From: the human T2T-CHM13v2.0 reference genome, Homo sapiens
Reading direction: 5' to 3' (one strand)
Length of the DNA: 64,000 bases
Assembly (NCBI RefSeq): GCF_009914755.1
Contig: NC_060928.1
In this document: positions 14,591 through 30,660 of the stretch, piece after piece
How the letters are laid out: each line of letters opens with the position of its first letter
Position numbering within the stretch: position 1 is the stretch's first letter
Position numbers and translations under genes: made by a program
The notes under the pieces: model-generated
Database searches by the model: none
What the model was told of the DNA's origin: nothing
What the model saw: only the letters and a program-made list of their open reading frames with translations

Positions 14591-14892
14591 ATTATTATTA
14601 TTATTATTTTTGAGACAGGGTCACACTTTGTCACCCATGCTGGAGTGCAATGGTGTCATCACAGCTCACTGCATCCTTGACCTCCCAGGCTCAAACAATC
14701 CTGTGACCTCAACCTCCTGGGTAGCTGGAACCACAGGCACATGCCACCATGCCTGGCTAATTTTTTATTTTTGTAAAGACAGAGTCTCCCTATGTTGCTT
14801 AGGCTGGTTTCAAACTCCAGAGCTCAGGCGATCTGCCCGCCTTGGCCTCCCAAAGTGCTGGAATTACAGATGTGAGCCACTGCACACAGCCA
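14591..14892 (-). mobile_element. Alu (AluJ-like) with (ATT)n tail
   Basis: Reverse dimeric Alu. Confidence 0.92.
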
Positions 14893-17800
14893 CATTATTT
14901 TATTACCCTTGAATCTCAACATTTCTCTTGATATTAGGATTTGAATCCAAAGACAAAAGAGAAAACGAAAGGCCTTCCTTCTATTCAGTCTTCACTGCTT
15001 TCTCCTATGCAAAAAACCTTTCTAAGAGTGAAGAGAGTAAGTGGGAAAGAAAGGAAGAAGGAAGGGCAGATATCTGGTTGGGAGAGGAACAAATGAGCAA
15101 TGCCAATGGTATTAAAAAAAAAAAAAAAGGAACACAGGGATTCCATTCTGGCTGATAGGGTTGGGGAGGGATGGAGAAGGTGCGCTTTGGAATGGTTTGT
15201 ATCTACCCAGAAACAGCGAACTGCAATGAAAGTATCAAAAAGAGAATTTGTTTTCCATGGTATGTACTACTTACACACGCACACAAATCTACTAGAGAAA
15301 CCATTGGGGAAGTTCTGTTCTTTTCTCCCAGACTACTACTAGATATTAATTCAGCATCTGAAAGAGTAAAGGCTGTTCCAAAATCTTGTTCTGGTTTGTT
15401 AGAGCAAGATAACTAAACTGTAGGAAAAAATAATTATTTTACAGCTGCAGAACTGTAGAGTACCTAAATAGATTTGGTAAAATATATAGATAAGATGTTT
15501 TCTCCACTGGATTTAAGTCTTTCCTCATCAGTTTTTGTTTGTTTTTTCATCTCTTTTGTTGATGCTATCCTTTTAAAATACTCTTTTCTTTTTAAAATAC
15601 TATTTCCAGAATATTTTAAGGGGATGGGAAAAGCAAATCTAGAAAATAAGACTTACCAGGTAAAGGAGAGGAACCTTCTGTAGCTTTATTAAGGAATTGT
15701 CACTGGAAAAATTTGCCTGGCTCTTAAGTACAAGACAAGGATCTTTTTGTATAAAATCTCCCTTTCAGACACCTTTTTCAGAGTAGAAAGCTCTCTATAA
15801 TTATGTTTTCTGAGAATTTTAATTATCAAACATTGATAAGTAAAACTGTGAGAACAGACCACACTTGAAAGCTGGAGAGCAGAGGAGGGGTGCTGAATGC
15901 TGATTTTAGTTTATTAGGGTATCTTAATCTGATTAAGAAAGATTAAAATTTCAATGAAGTTTTGTGTTAGTTACTCATTTCACTGAGTATAGAAGATTTT
16001 CACAAGAGGAAAATATTTTCTCCCTGAAATAAGTGATTGCATGTGTAAATGTACATACTCTGGAAGTTTTCCCTGGCTCTGTCAACTAAATCTTTTAAAA
16101 GATTAAAATAAATACATATGGGAACTTTTTCAAGCCAGGTAAGGCATCACTCCAGCTTTTTTTTTTTTCTTTTTGGCTGTCTATGTCAATGTTCCTTATG
16201 AACTAAGATTCTCTTGGTTAAGGTAAGACTTCCTTAAGCTATTGGTCAACCCACATTATATATATTGTATGTATATTTATATTCATCTGTTTAGCAGTGA
16301 ATAACATTCACAGTAAGTTCCACAGGTATCCACACTTGAGAGCTTAAAATGACAAGTAAGGTTTCCCTTTTTAGAAAATGGGATTCTCAACCAACTTTTT
16401 CCTAATATTATATATCATTCTCTTTCTTATCTTTGGTGTCTGTAGACACGGGCTTTTATAGCCAGATGGCATAGTGACTTAGAAAAAAAACTGTGAAGTA
16501 TATTTGGCTTCTAGTGGTAGCAGGTGCATTCTGGTGAAGGAATAGATATGAAATTGATATTTCTGCTTATAAGGAACAGAGTGAAAATCACTCCAGGCCT
16601 GCCTTTGATGTGTTACAATTCTCCGTGAAAAGATTAGGGAAGCTTTTTAAGAGATCAGGTATTTAAGACTCTCTTTGAAAATTGAATTCACTGATTTTTT
16701 AATAGGTGTGAGAAAATTAATTTAATAACATAGTGGACTCAGATGCTTCATGCCGCCCTCAGACTCCTACCTCTGCCTCTTCTTGTCCTCTGACCTTTCT
16801 TTATTAAGTGAAATAATTTGAACTGCAGGACTATTTGTCATTTGGCACTTGACTTGTTTCACTTCCCGGTTTCAGCTGGGATTGAGATCAGCAATTACTG
16901 GAAATTGTAAATTTACCCAACATATTTTCCTGATTAGAGAGCTTCCAATCAAATTTGCATTTATATTTAGAAGTTTGGAAGTTTATCTGAAATAATTTCT
17001 GTACATTTTTTAGATTCTGCCTTACCAATTATTCTCTATTTCTAATCAAACACTTGCTTATAAAATGCTCCCGATGAGGCAGGTGGTATCTGAAAGTTCC
17101 TTCCAAACCTGTAAGTCTAAGGCACTTTAGAATGAGTATTCAAGAGCAGGTATCACCCCAACAGTCACACAAAAATGCCGGCATTTCTTATGTATAAGAA
17201 TGGCATAGGTAAAACGGTTTGGGCCAATTCCAAAGTGCTAGCTGCGAGATGCAAGAACACTACCACTTTCTTTGCCTGATGGGCAAGCAGTCTGCTTCTG
17301 GGTCAAGTCAATTGAGGCTGTTAGCTTTGGCAAGTGTCTTGTGTAATCCTGTTGCTAATTCAGCCATGTGCATCATTCTCTGTGGATTATAATAGTTGCC
17401 GCCAATCCCCTACATTACACAGCAGCCTGGGAAATGCTCTTAGAGGTAAGAACCCCATCACTGCCAGCTCATCCACATCTTCCTTTAGCTAAACATTTAC
17501 TGAGCACATACTGTTAAATGACTGATAGAATTATTTCCATTAGCGATACCTGTTCTTTTTTTAGTCAGTTTATTCTCCTTTTGAGTATCTTTGTTTTTTC
17601 TTTCAGTCAGTATTAGAGCTGACTTGGGTGTTCTGAAGCTGATGGATGGCTATAAAAATAACATTTCTTTTAAATTGTATTTTGCTGTTTAAATATCTTT
17701 TTTTCCATGTTTTTCATTAAGGACATGACAAATCTTTTCTGTGTGGTTTCTGCCTTGTCGCTTATTGCTCACTTTAAATTTGTGCTGTACCAATTGGTGG

Positions 17801-18009
17801 CTCTCTGGATTAGGCCATTAGTACTAGAAAGGGAGGTAAAAAGGTAGAACAACTGAAGCAAGAAAAAGAAATATGCAGGTATCTGAAGCTGGAGAGAGAA
17901 CACTTACAGAAAATCATGAAAGTGTGTTGTTTTTTACTCTTTTTCATAGGGCAGTACATATTTGTGATTTTTTTCTAATTTTGTATTTTTTGTGACTTAC
18001 GTTGTTTAG

Positions 18010-18108
18010 AGGTTAACATACGAAGAAAGAATGGCTCGTCGACTGCTAGGTGCTGACAGTGCAACTGTCTTTAATATTCAGGAGCCAGAAGAGGAAACAG
18101 CTAATCAG
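18010..18108 (+). CDS. PALLD: Palladin exon (RLTYEERMARRLLG...QEPEEETANQ), alpha-actinin-binding region
   Basis: gtttag| acceptor, CAG|gtacca donor, 99 nt, phase 0-0. Confidence 0.96.
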
Positions 18109-18466
18109 GTACCATGTTGCTCTGGACTTCTTAGGGTAACATTTATTCTGTCCCCCTTTTCCATCTTCCTTATGGATACTGTTCTTGGGATGAGTTCTGT
18201 GGAAAGTAGAGGGCAAGTCACAGAAAAGCAGTATTAATATCATCAGTCAACCTCACAGCTAATTTTTATTGAGCACATACTATGTTAAGTGACTGACAGA
18301 ATTCTTTCCATCAGTGATACCTGTTCTTTTTATTCTTCTTCTTGATTATTCTCCTTTCCAGTACATTTCCATTTTCCTATCCTATGTTTTATGCAAAATA
18401 ATTTTGTGTGGAGAAACACATTTTCGCTGACATTGTCTGAAATAACTAGTGAATATTTCCCATTAG

Positions 18467-19206
<740 letters not shown>

Positions 19207-19273
19207 TTTAGTCTTAATATCTAGTCAAAATAAAATAGAAAATATTATCTCTTTATCTTCTTTCACATATATA

Positions 19274-19890
<617 letters not shown>

Positions 19891-19979
19891 AAAAGTTTCA
19901 CTTAAGGAAAATTAGAAATCTTGCTGCATTCTTATTATTTCTATTATTAGTCTTCACATCTTTTTTTCTACCATTACAG

Positions 19980-20030
19980 GACATTGGTTCTCCTCATGCT
20001 TCTGTAGGGAGTCCTCTGGATGGTCAAAAG
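19980..20030 (+). CDS. PALLD: 51-nt in-frame cassette exon (DIGSPHASVGSPLDGQK)
   Basis: Long pyrimidine tract plus ttacag| acceptor, AAG|gttaag donor, phase 0-0. Not needed to reach 672 aa. Peptide recalled from longer palladin isoforms. Confidence 0.85.
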
Positions 20031-20148
20031 GTTAAGCTTTTCACCTTTCTTCTCCTTCCAGTCTTTCTCTGTGTCTGTTTTCTTCTGTTCTTCCTGTTTT
20101 ACGTGTGTTTCTATCTTTTCTGCCATATATTAATTATAAATGCTATGA

Positions 20149-20560
<412 letters not shown>

Positions 20561-20791
20561 TCTGACTTGAATTTAATTCTGTCATTAGTGGATACTCTGA
20601 ACATTAAATCAAGAAAAATTTTTCATTTGTTATATATACCTTTCTATGGGGAACAAAAGTGCTAATTCTTCAAGGGATTAATTTGATAGTAATTAGATGA
20701 AGCAAAACAACTTGTGGTATAACTCTTGCAGTTTTATTCATACTGTTGTATTTCTTCCCTCAAACCAACAAACTTGTTTTTTAAACACTGA

Positions 20792-21184
<393 letters not shown>

Positions 21185-21923
21185 TTAATGCACTTTGTAG
21201 GCAAGGAAATTGTAGGATCCACCGTAATCACCACAGGAATGTTGATGGGTTGTTTTTTTTTTTTAAAGCAAAATTTTGGCTAGACTGTCAGTCCTATTTT
21301 TTCTTCTAAAGATGGTGGGTTCCTAACAGCTGCAGAGCTGAGGAGGCGGCCCTTGCAAGGCAGGGATTGTTAGAGGTGGGGGAAAAAAAACAAACATTTT
21401 TTTTTTTCTATTATTCTTTTACTATTTTTTCTATTACCATTTTTTCTAGTACCATTTTTTCTATTATTCTTTTACTATAATTGTATATAATATGGCAGCT
21501 GCTTGCCACATGTACTATGTGGAGAGATGTACCACCCTGCATCAGCTTTTACCCTACAGAAGGAAATCAGCGTTCCATTATATTTTATTGTTATCAACAG
21601 TTTAGGAATACATAGCTTTGCTTTTGCCTTTTTCTTTCCTTCCCCTTGTTTCCCCTCGCCTCAGAGAAAAGAAGGAAAAAAAAATTCATCTTTCCTACCC
21701 CCCTCTTTTTGGATGATAGGACTTGAAGACAATCTGAAATACCACATAAACTCACTTCCAGATGTTTTTTGTTTCATATGCAATTGAATTGGGCTCAGAC
21801 TGTGTTTTTAAGCTGTATGGTAAAAATATCACTGTCTTCTAGGGCCTTATTGGGGGGCAGGGAGAGACGTGACACTTTGTCAGAAGGGATTGAGTCTGCT
21901 AACTTAAACTTTCCTTGATTCAG

Positions 21924-22145
21924 GAATACAAAGTCTCCAGCTGTGAACAGAGACTCATCAGTGAAATAGAGTACAGGCTAGAAAGGTCTCCTGTGGATGA
22001 ATCAGGTGATGAAGTTCAGTATGGAGATGTGCCTGTGGAAAATGGAATGGCACCATTCTTTGAGATGAAGCTGAAACATTACAAGATCTTTGAGGGAATG
22101 CCAGTAACTTTCACATGTAGAGTGGCTGGAAATCCAAAGCCAAAG
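21924..22145 (+). CDS. PALLD: Palladin exon (EYKVSSCEQ...TCRVAGNPKPK), start of Ig domain 3
   Basis: ttcag| acceptor, AAG|gtgagc donor, 222 nt; I-set Ig motif FTCRVAGNPKP. Confidence 0.97.
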
Positions 22146-22996
22146 GTGAGCTGGGAGATGGAGGCTTTTTAAGAGTCATTCTCTGAGGAAAGGTTTAGCT
22201 TCCAAAACATAGCATGCCAGTAGGAGAAAGAGATACAAATGATCTTTCTCAATACCCACGATATAAAGGGTTTTAAATATTCTTAAGTTCTGGGCCATCT
22301 TCAGGAGGCATTAGAAACCAAAAAAGGTGGTGGGGGGAGTGGAGTTTGGGTTTGAAGAATAGAGAATAACTAACAGGGAGCTCTTCACACACCTATATCA
22401 TTTATTCCTCGTTGTTATTCCCAAATCACAAATAACTAAACTGAGTTCTGTGAAGTGAGTTTCCAAGGTCAGAGAGCTGGTGAGTGGCCAGGCCTGCATA
22501 TGAACCCAGTGCTCTGTACCATACAGACAAGTAATGCTCACCACTGGTTGTAAAAACTTCCAATCTTTAATCAAAAAACCAAGGCTGCTTATATTAATAT
22601 TTACAGAGGGAGGTGGGGTGAAGAATATTGTTTAGAACGGATAATGACAAATTCTGATACCATGCAGGACTAGGATGACCTGGATGGGAGCTCTCTCCAT
22701 ACAAACATATGGAAATGCTGGATAAGGAGCTGCCCTATCTTTAAAGGAAGGACTAGAATAACTGTTTACTAGCCCAGCAAGGCAGTAAACAGGAGTACAC
22801 TTTTCCCTAGAGCTTGAGTGAAAAGAATAAAAAAAAGGGAAAAAATTAAAACCCCTAAACTACACTATCACATGATAGGGAGCCAAAAGCTGAGAAATGT
22901 GAAATTTAGTGCTGGATGATTAAAATTCTTAGAAGCAAGCAAAAAGTTGCCTTATATAAAGGTAATAATATGTGAAGAAATAACCATGAGGAGAGT

Positions 22997-23726
22997 TGTG
23001 TTAGGCCGTTTTTGCATAAAGGGATTCCTGAGACTGGGTAATTTATAAAGAAAATAGGTTTTATTGGCCAAGCATGGTGGCTCACGCCTGTAATCCCAGC
23101 ATTTTGCGAGGCCGAGATGGGTGGATCACCTGAGCTCAGGAGTTCGAGACCAGCCTGGCCAACATGGTGAAACCCCATCTCTACTAAAAATACAAAAATT
23201 AGCTGGGCATGGTGGTGGGCGCCTGTAATCTCAGCTACTTGGGAGGCTGAGGCAGGAGAATTGCTGGAACCCAGGAGGTGGAGGTTGCAGTGACCAAGAT
23301 CGCGCCATTGCACTCCAGCTCAGGGCAACAACAGTGAGACTCCGTCTCAAAAAAAAAAAAAAGAAAAGAAAATAGGCTTTACTGGCTCACAGTTCTGCAT
23401 GGTATACAGAAGTGTAGTACCAGAATCTTCTCCTGGTGCGGCCTCAGGAAGCTTACAATCATGGTGAAGGCGAAGGCGAAAAAGGTGAATCACACAGCAA
23501 GAGTAGGAGCAACAGAGAGAAGTGGTGGAGGTCCCAGACTTTTAAACAACCAGATCTCATGTGAACTAATTGAGCAAGAACTCACTTACCACCAAGGGGA
23601 TGGTGCTAAACCATTCATGAGGGATCCACCCCATGATCCCGTCACCTCCCGCCAGGCCCCACCTCCAACACTGGGAGTCCCATTTCAGCATGAGATTTGG
23701 AGGGGACAGACATCCAAACCATATTA
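22997..23726. mobile_element. Solo MaLR LTR (MST-type) interrupted by a + strand Alu (23066-23370)
   Basis: ctgagactgggtaatttataaagaaa...gagatttggaggggacaga; perfect 5-bp TSD AGAGT at 22992-22996 and 23727-23731. Confidence 0.9.
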
Positions 23727-25005
23727 AGAGTCATAGTACAAGAAACAGAAAAACAGAAGGCCAAGTATTGCACAATATTGAACAATCTTAAGTAACCTCT
23801 AAAATAACTTTAAAAAGATTGAAACAATTTTAAAAAGAATGGAAACTATAATGAAAGAACAAGATAGTACCAAAAAATACAAATTTATAAAATAAGCATA
23901 GAGCAATGTACTCAATGAAATAAAAAGCTTAATAGTGGCATAAAATGAAAGAGGGAAAAGTGATAAAAAAATACCTGACACTTTTAGGTGTTAATTTCCT
24001 ATAGCTCCATGGCATTGTTTTGTTTTCCCACCATGGCAAGTTTTACCATCATGTTCTTTTCTTAAAACTGAATCGCAACGCCAAAGTCAAAGATCAAAGA
24101 AAAGAGCCTTGAATTTTCAAACCCTATATACTTCCTAATAAAATGGGATTTTTAAAATAAACTCCATTGTTATAGAAAACTTTTTACAATATTCTTGGCA
24201 TAATCTGCATTAACAACTGTGTATTCACAACATGTTATCAAACGCATGTATTAAAAATAAATTTGTAGTTTATGAACGAAATTCAATAAGGAATTATATC
24301 TTGAACTTCCAAGATATTCACAAGAAGATTCCATATTACTTTCAAACCTTACACAAGGCTTAAGATCACTGATCAAATTCTAAGATTATTGATTCTTATA
24401 GAATACTACATTAACATGAAAGATGGGCTTTTGTTTTTAATATGACTGTACTTTTTTCCTAATATAAATTTAAATGTTTCACAGCTAGAAGGGACTTAAT
24501 TGTTTAAACTTTTCATTGTTAAATGTTATTCTTTCATCCCTCCTTCCTCTCCCTCAACCTTCATTCTCCTTCTCATTGTTTTCTTCCCTCTCTCATTTAT
24601 TAAAGGTCTACTTTGGCATATGCCATATAAATTACATTAGGATTGTTAAAGTATGGAATATTCATGTTTAAAGAAATACATGTTTTTTTAGGCTTATGTT
24701 TTAAAAATATTTTATTCCTCCCTTGACATGCTTGTTCTAGTTGAGCCATAGGAAGACTGAAAATAATTTCTGATTTACCCTGTTCTCGTGCTTGTGCCCT
24801 CCCGAATTTCTCCCTCCATTAGTACGCTTGGTAAAATTTTGGAAATATTTCTTAGATCTTATTTGAAAGTTGTATGCCAAGTATAATGGAGGTGAAAAAT
24901 ATGATTAAAGAAATAACTCAAGAACTGGCATTGTGGCAAGAATGCAAAAGGGAAGAAATTGTATACTTATTACAGCTTCTTTTTTCCATCAGAAATAGTC
25001 AACCA

Positions 25006-25298
25006 TAGCCAGGCACAGTGGCTCACACCTGGAATCCCAGCACTTTGGGAGGCTGAGGCAGGCAGATCTCTTGAGGTCAGGAGTTTAAGAACAGCCTGGC
25101 CAATATTGTGAAACCCCATCTCTACTAAAAATACAAACATTAGCTGAGCATGGAGGCGCACACCTGTAATCCCAGCTACTCAGGAGGCTGAGGCAAGAGA
25201 TTCACTTGAACCCGGGAGGCAGAAATTGCAGTGAGCCAAGATCACACCACTGCACTCTCTAGCCTGGGGGACAGAGCTAGACTCATCTAAAAAAAGAA
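25006..25298 (+). mobile_element. Alu
   Basis: Full dimer. Confidence 0.93.
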
Positions 25299-25918
25299 AG
25301 TCAACTACTAAAAAGTAAAATAATTATGAAGTATGATACTTTACATAATTTAAGTTTTACAACTCAAAGTTATTAGTCTAGTTGGTGATTACTTTTTAGA
25401 TTCTAGAGTTTAATACGTAATATAGTTTCTGTAAATTTGGAGCTACCTGAAAAATACGAGTTTGAAAAGTTAGAGCAGTCATATCCTGATAATTCATCCA
25501 TTTATTTAGTGCTATATATTTCTGGTCTTTTCCTTTCTTAGAATGCAGGTTTCAAAAAGATTTTTCAGATTCAAATACTTTGACAGACAGTTGAATTTGA
25601 ATGTCAGTTTATGTTACCAATTTACATACTGATTTATATTAAGGAAGAAGTTTGTTTTAACAACTAAAGGGTCTAAAGTATATTTGTTTTGTTAGGAATC
25701 AGGAATACTTTTGGCTGCAAGGAACAAAAAATGACAACAACTTGCTGTGGCTTAAAAAAGGAAAGGTTTATTTGCTTATCTAGTAAGTCTGCAGGTGGGG
25801 TGATGTAGCTATTAATTCAGCATCTCAGCCATGTTAGGGCTGTTGGCACTGTGATTCATTATGATGGGCCTATCTTTCAACTGTGTTGTTCATAACTTAA
25901 ATCGAAAATAATAATGAA

Positions 25919-26090
25919 CTTAGCCAGGCATGGTGGCTCACACTTGTAATCCCAGCTACTCTGGAGGCTGAGGCACGAGAATTGTTTGAACCTGGGAGGC
26001 GGAGGTTACAGTGAGCCAAGACTGCACCACCGCACTCTGCACTCCAGCCTGGGCAACGGAGCGAGACCCTGTCTCCAAAACAAAACAAAA
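25919..26090 (+). mobile_element. Alu right monomer
   Basis: Right arm only, with (CAAAA)n tail. Confidence 0.88.
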
Positions 26091-26204
26091 CCTTAGAACT
26101 CGGACATCCATGGACAACTGGTTTTGTTTAAAAGTGAGGGAAGGAAGGAGGACCCTTTGGACTACTTAAAAATATTGTATTTAATCAAAATTTACTTTTA
26201 TTTT

Positions 26205-26489
26205 TTACATTGTTTCTTTTGAGACAGGGCCTCAGTCACCTAGGCTGGAGTGCAATGGCATGATCATGGCTCACTACAGCCTCAACCTCCTGGGCTCAAG
26301 CAATCCTCCTGACTCAGCCTTCCAAATAGCTAGGGCTATAGACATGCACCACCACACCCAGATAATTTTTTTATTTTTTGGGTCTTACTATGTTGCCCAG
26401 GCTGGTCTTGAATTCCTGGGCTTGAGCAATCCTCCTCAGCCTCCCAAAGTGCTGGGATTATAGGTAGGCATGAGCCACTGTACCTGGCC
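26205..26489 (-). mobile_element. Alu (AluJ-like)
   Basis: Diverged reverse Alu. Confidence 0.9.
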
Positions 26490-27183
26490 CACATTTAATT
26501 TTTTATCAACCCAAGTTACATATCTGAAAATTATTATACTTTTCAATACTACTGTGTTTTCTTTAACATAATGGGGATAGGTGACAAACATTTAACCTTT
26601 GATCATATGCTTCCTGGCCCAGAAATAAAGCAGTAGTATTCCACCCATCACCAACCCTTAGTCATCACCTCCCTCCCTACCAACCTCTTTTATTTGTCAA
26701 ACACAATTCAGTGAAATGATTAGAGTTTGGGGTCTGCTTTTGTTCTCCAAAACAACCTTTTTACCTTTATTTTATAAACAATACATTTTAATTGCTGGTA
26801 CATTTGAAAAAAGAAAAATGGCCTTCATAGAAGGCCACTTCATAGAAATAATGGCATTCTATGAATGCCATGAAGTAATGCCACTTCATAGAAATAATCA
26901 TTGCCAAAATTCAATATATCCCTTCATATAAATAATATATGAATGTAAGTGCAATATTTTTAAAAACAAAAGGAAGATATATAATTTAAAAACTCAAATA
27001 GAATTTAAATTGTTACCTGCCTTTTTTCAGTGAAAAATCAATTCCTTAGTCAGGTATTTGGTTTAACATTTTAACATGAAAACTCAGATCAGCTCTGCAA
27101 ACCACACTGTTACTATTTTCAGTTCTCCAAATAGAGTAGGAATACACAAACTCCTAATCTTTAATCTTTGTTTCTATTCACAG

Positions 27184-27333
27184 ATCTATTGGTTTAAAGA
27201 TGGGAAGCAGATCTCTCCAAAGAGTGATCACTACACCATTCAAAGAGATCTCGATGGGACCTGCTCCCTCCATACCACAGCCTCCACCCTAGATGATGAT
27301 GGGAATTATACAATTATGGCTGCAAACCCTCAG
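27184..27333 (+). CDS. PALLD: Palladin exon (IYWFKDGKQI...DDGNYTIMAANPQ), Ig3
   Basis: cacag| acceptor, CAG|gtaaag donor, 150 nt; WFKDG and DxGxY Ig motifs. Confidence 0.97.
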
Positions 27334-28270
27334 GTAAAGAAGGGTATAGGTCTGGGCTCAGTTCTGTGTCTAGTGCTTACAGGCATTTGATTAGACAAAG
27401 GAACTATTTAAAAGGTGAAGTTAAGAAGTTTCTTTGATTTATGAAACTATTTTTCCAAATTCTACATCCATCTTGGTTTCAGAGGATAGAAAAATTCTTT
27501 GTTTCATGAATACTTATTTATTCCATCAGGTGTTATTCTACTCCTTCCACAAATATTATTAAGGGTCTAATATGTACACACTTTCTATGTGGGTGATGGG
27601 GTTGCAGTGGTAGACTGGACAAAGTCCTATGGTAAAAAATAAGCAATTAACAAATAATATAACTTCAGGTAGGATTACATGAAGAAAATAAAGGAGAAAA
27701 AGAGTGAGTGGCATGCATAGGCTGTATAAGAAAAACTCAACAAAGTAAAATATTTTAAAAGAAACACATCAGTGGGATTTAATGTGCAAATGTAGACAAA
27801 TGATAATTTTGATAGCATTCAGGTTTATCAGTTTTCATCAAAATGTTTTCTCTTGTATTTGCCTTTAGACTTAGGGTCAAAAAATCAGTTGCCTTCTTAG
27901 AATTTAATAGGAGGCTGCTGGGTATCATGTTGCCAGTTCGAGCCTGCAAATTCTTTTTTATTATGTTATACATTTTAGTCACTATGCTGGATATAGGGGA
28001 TACAAAAATGAGTAAAAAGTTATTTTGTACCTTAAGAGCTCAATGTATGACAGGTAGTTTTACTAAAGTCTGCAAAAGTAGTATAAATAACACACTTTTA
28101 AAAAGAAAAAAAAAGGCATGGTAAAATGAGCAGTTTTCTCTAGAAGTCATCTTTTTAGAATCTCTGATCTACTTATATCATTCCATATTATTTCTTTTGA
28201 AGAAAATATTTAGCATTAGAAACTATATAAATAATTTTAATGACACTACAAACTTTTAATTAAAGTTTCT

Positions 28271-28908
<638 letters not shown>

Positions 28909-29209
28909 GTTTATTCAAGGTTTATTATATTCTAATATTCCATGGTCATATAAATATATTTTTCTGCAATAATATTAAGATCAGAATGAAAACAGATTAT
29001 CCAGCTAATCAGGTTGTGATAGAGCACAGCAAACTCTTCACTGTTAATGAAAAGCTTCTATATTAATGCACATTCTTAAAGTTCTAAATGTTTTAATCAA
29101 TGAATACATGACCATCACCCTGAAAAAGTCTAAATCACTATTAAGAAGTTGCATTTTAATGTTTGTGTTCATATTTGATATATATGAAGAAACAAAAGCG
29201 GAACTTGCT

Positions 29210-29428
29210 TTTTTTTCTTTTTTTTTTTTTTTTTTTTTTTTTCTTTTTTGAGACGGAATCTTGCTCTGTTGCCCAGGCTGGAGTGCAGTGGCATGATCTT
29301 AGCCCACTGCAATCTCCACCTCCTGGGTTCAAGCAATTCTTCTGCCTCAGCACCACCACGCTCAGCTAATTTTTTGTATTTTTAATAGAGACGGGGTTTC
29401 ACCTCAGGTGATCCACCTGCCTCGGCCT
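29210..29428 (-). mobile_element. Internally deleted Alu
   Basis: Reverse Alu pieces with long poly(T). Confidence 0.88.
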
Positions 29429-29957
29429 CTTTTTTCCTTATTATATTTTCAGTGCATTTCCTTGACATTAACAAATTCTAGCTTTTAGTTTAGTTTTCTG
29501 CCTGTTTAAGAAAATGGTGGAGAACTGACAAAATCCAAAATTTTTCTTCGTGTTGGGTCATTTATTCCTCTTTTGCCCTAGAAAGGCTGGGGTATATTAT
29601 GGGATGGAATTATCTGTGGTCCTTACGTATTTGCCAACACTGGGAACCTGCTATTAATTTCAAGACATTTTTCTTAGCATGTTTTAAATTGTTATTGGAA
29701 TAAGCCATTTTATAGAACAAAAGAACATAAACGTAAAACTGCAATTGTGAGTCCGCTTAGTGTCTTCCTCAAATTATAATAATGCATTTTTACATGTGGA
29801 AAAGTTCTCAGTGAGGAAGGACTGACTCAGTGCTCATGGCCAATGGCAGTGTGCAGAGTTTAAGACAGCAGGCCAGCCTTGGGGGTCAGTAGTCTCCAGT
29901 CATTTAAACTCTCTTGACAAATTATTATGAAGTCACTAGATGAAGGTGAGCTGCTGA

Positions 29958-30302
<345 letters not shown>

Positions 30303-30409
30303 TAGGAAAAAAAGGAAAGGAAGGAAATAAAAAAGAAATGTTACTACAAATACCAAGATTGTAGGGCAACACCGATGATACTGAAAAAACCTAGGATGAG
30401 GCCGGCAGG

Positions 30410-30660
30410 CCATGCAGTACAGGGGTTATGAGCATGAACTTTGGCATCAGGCAATCTCAGCTGGAATTCTAGCTCTGCCACTCACTACCTGTGTGACCTT
30501 AGCAAGTCACTTAACTTCTCTGTGCCTGTTTCCTCCCTCGTAAAATGAGGATGATAATAATAATAATAATAATACAGATTTAAATAGTACATGTAAAAAG
30601 CATTCAGTTTACCTGGCACATACTATGCTTTCAATAAATGCTAGTTACTGTCATTATTTT
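30410..30660. mobile_element. MIR
   Basis: ctctgccactcactacctgtgtgacctt...aagtcacttaacttctctgtgcc...gtaaaatgaggat core. Confidence 0.8.

Noticed and set aside
21395-21480. Imperfect ttttttctattac/ttc repeats
   Set aside because: Low-complexity slippage with no further structure
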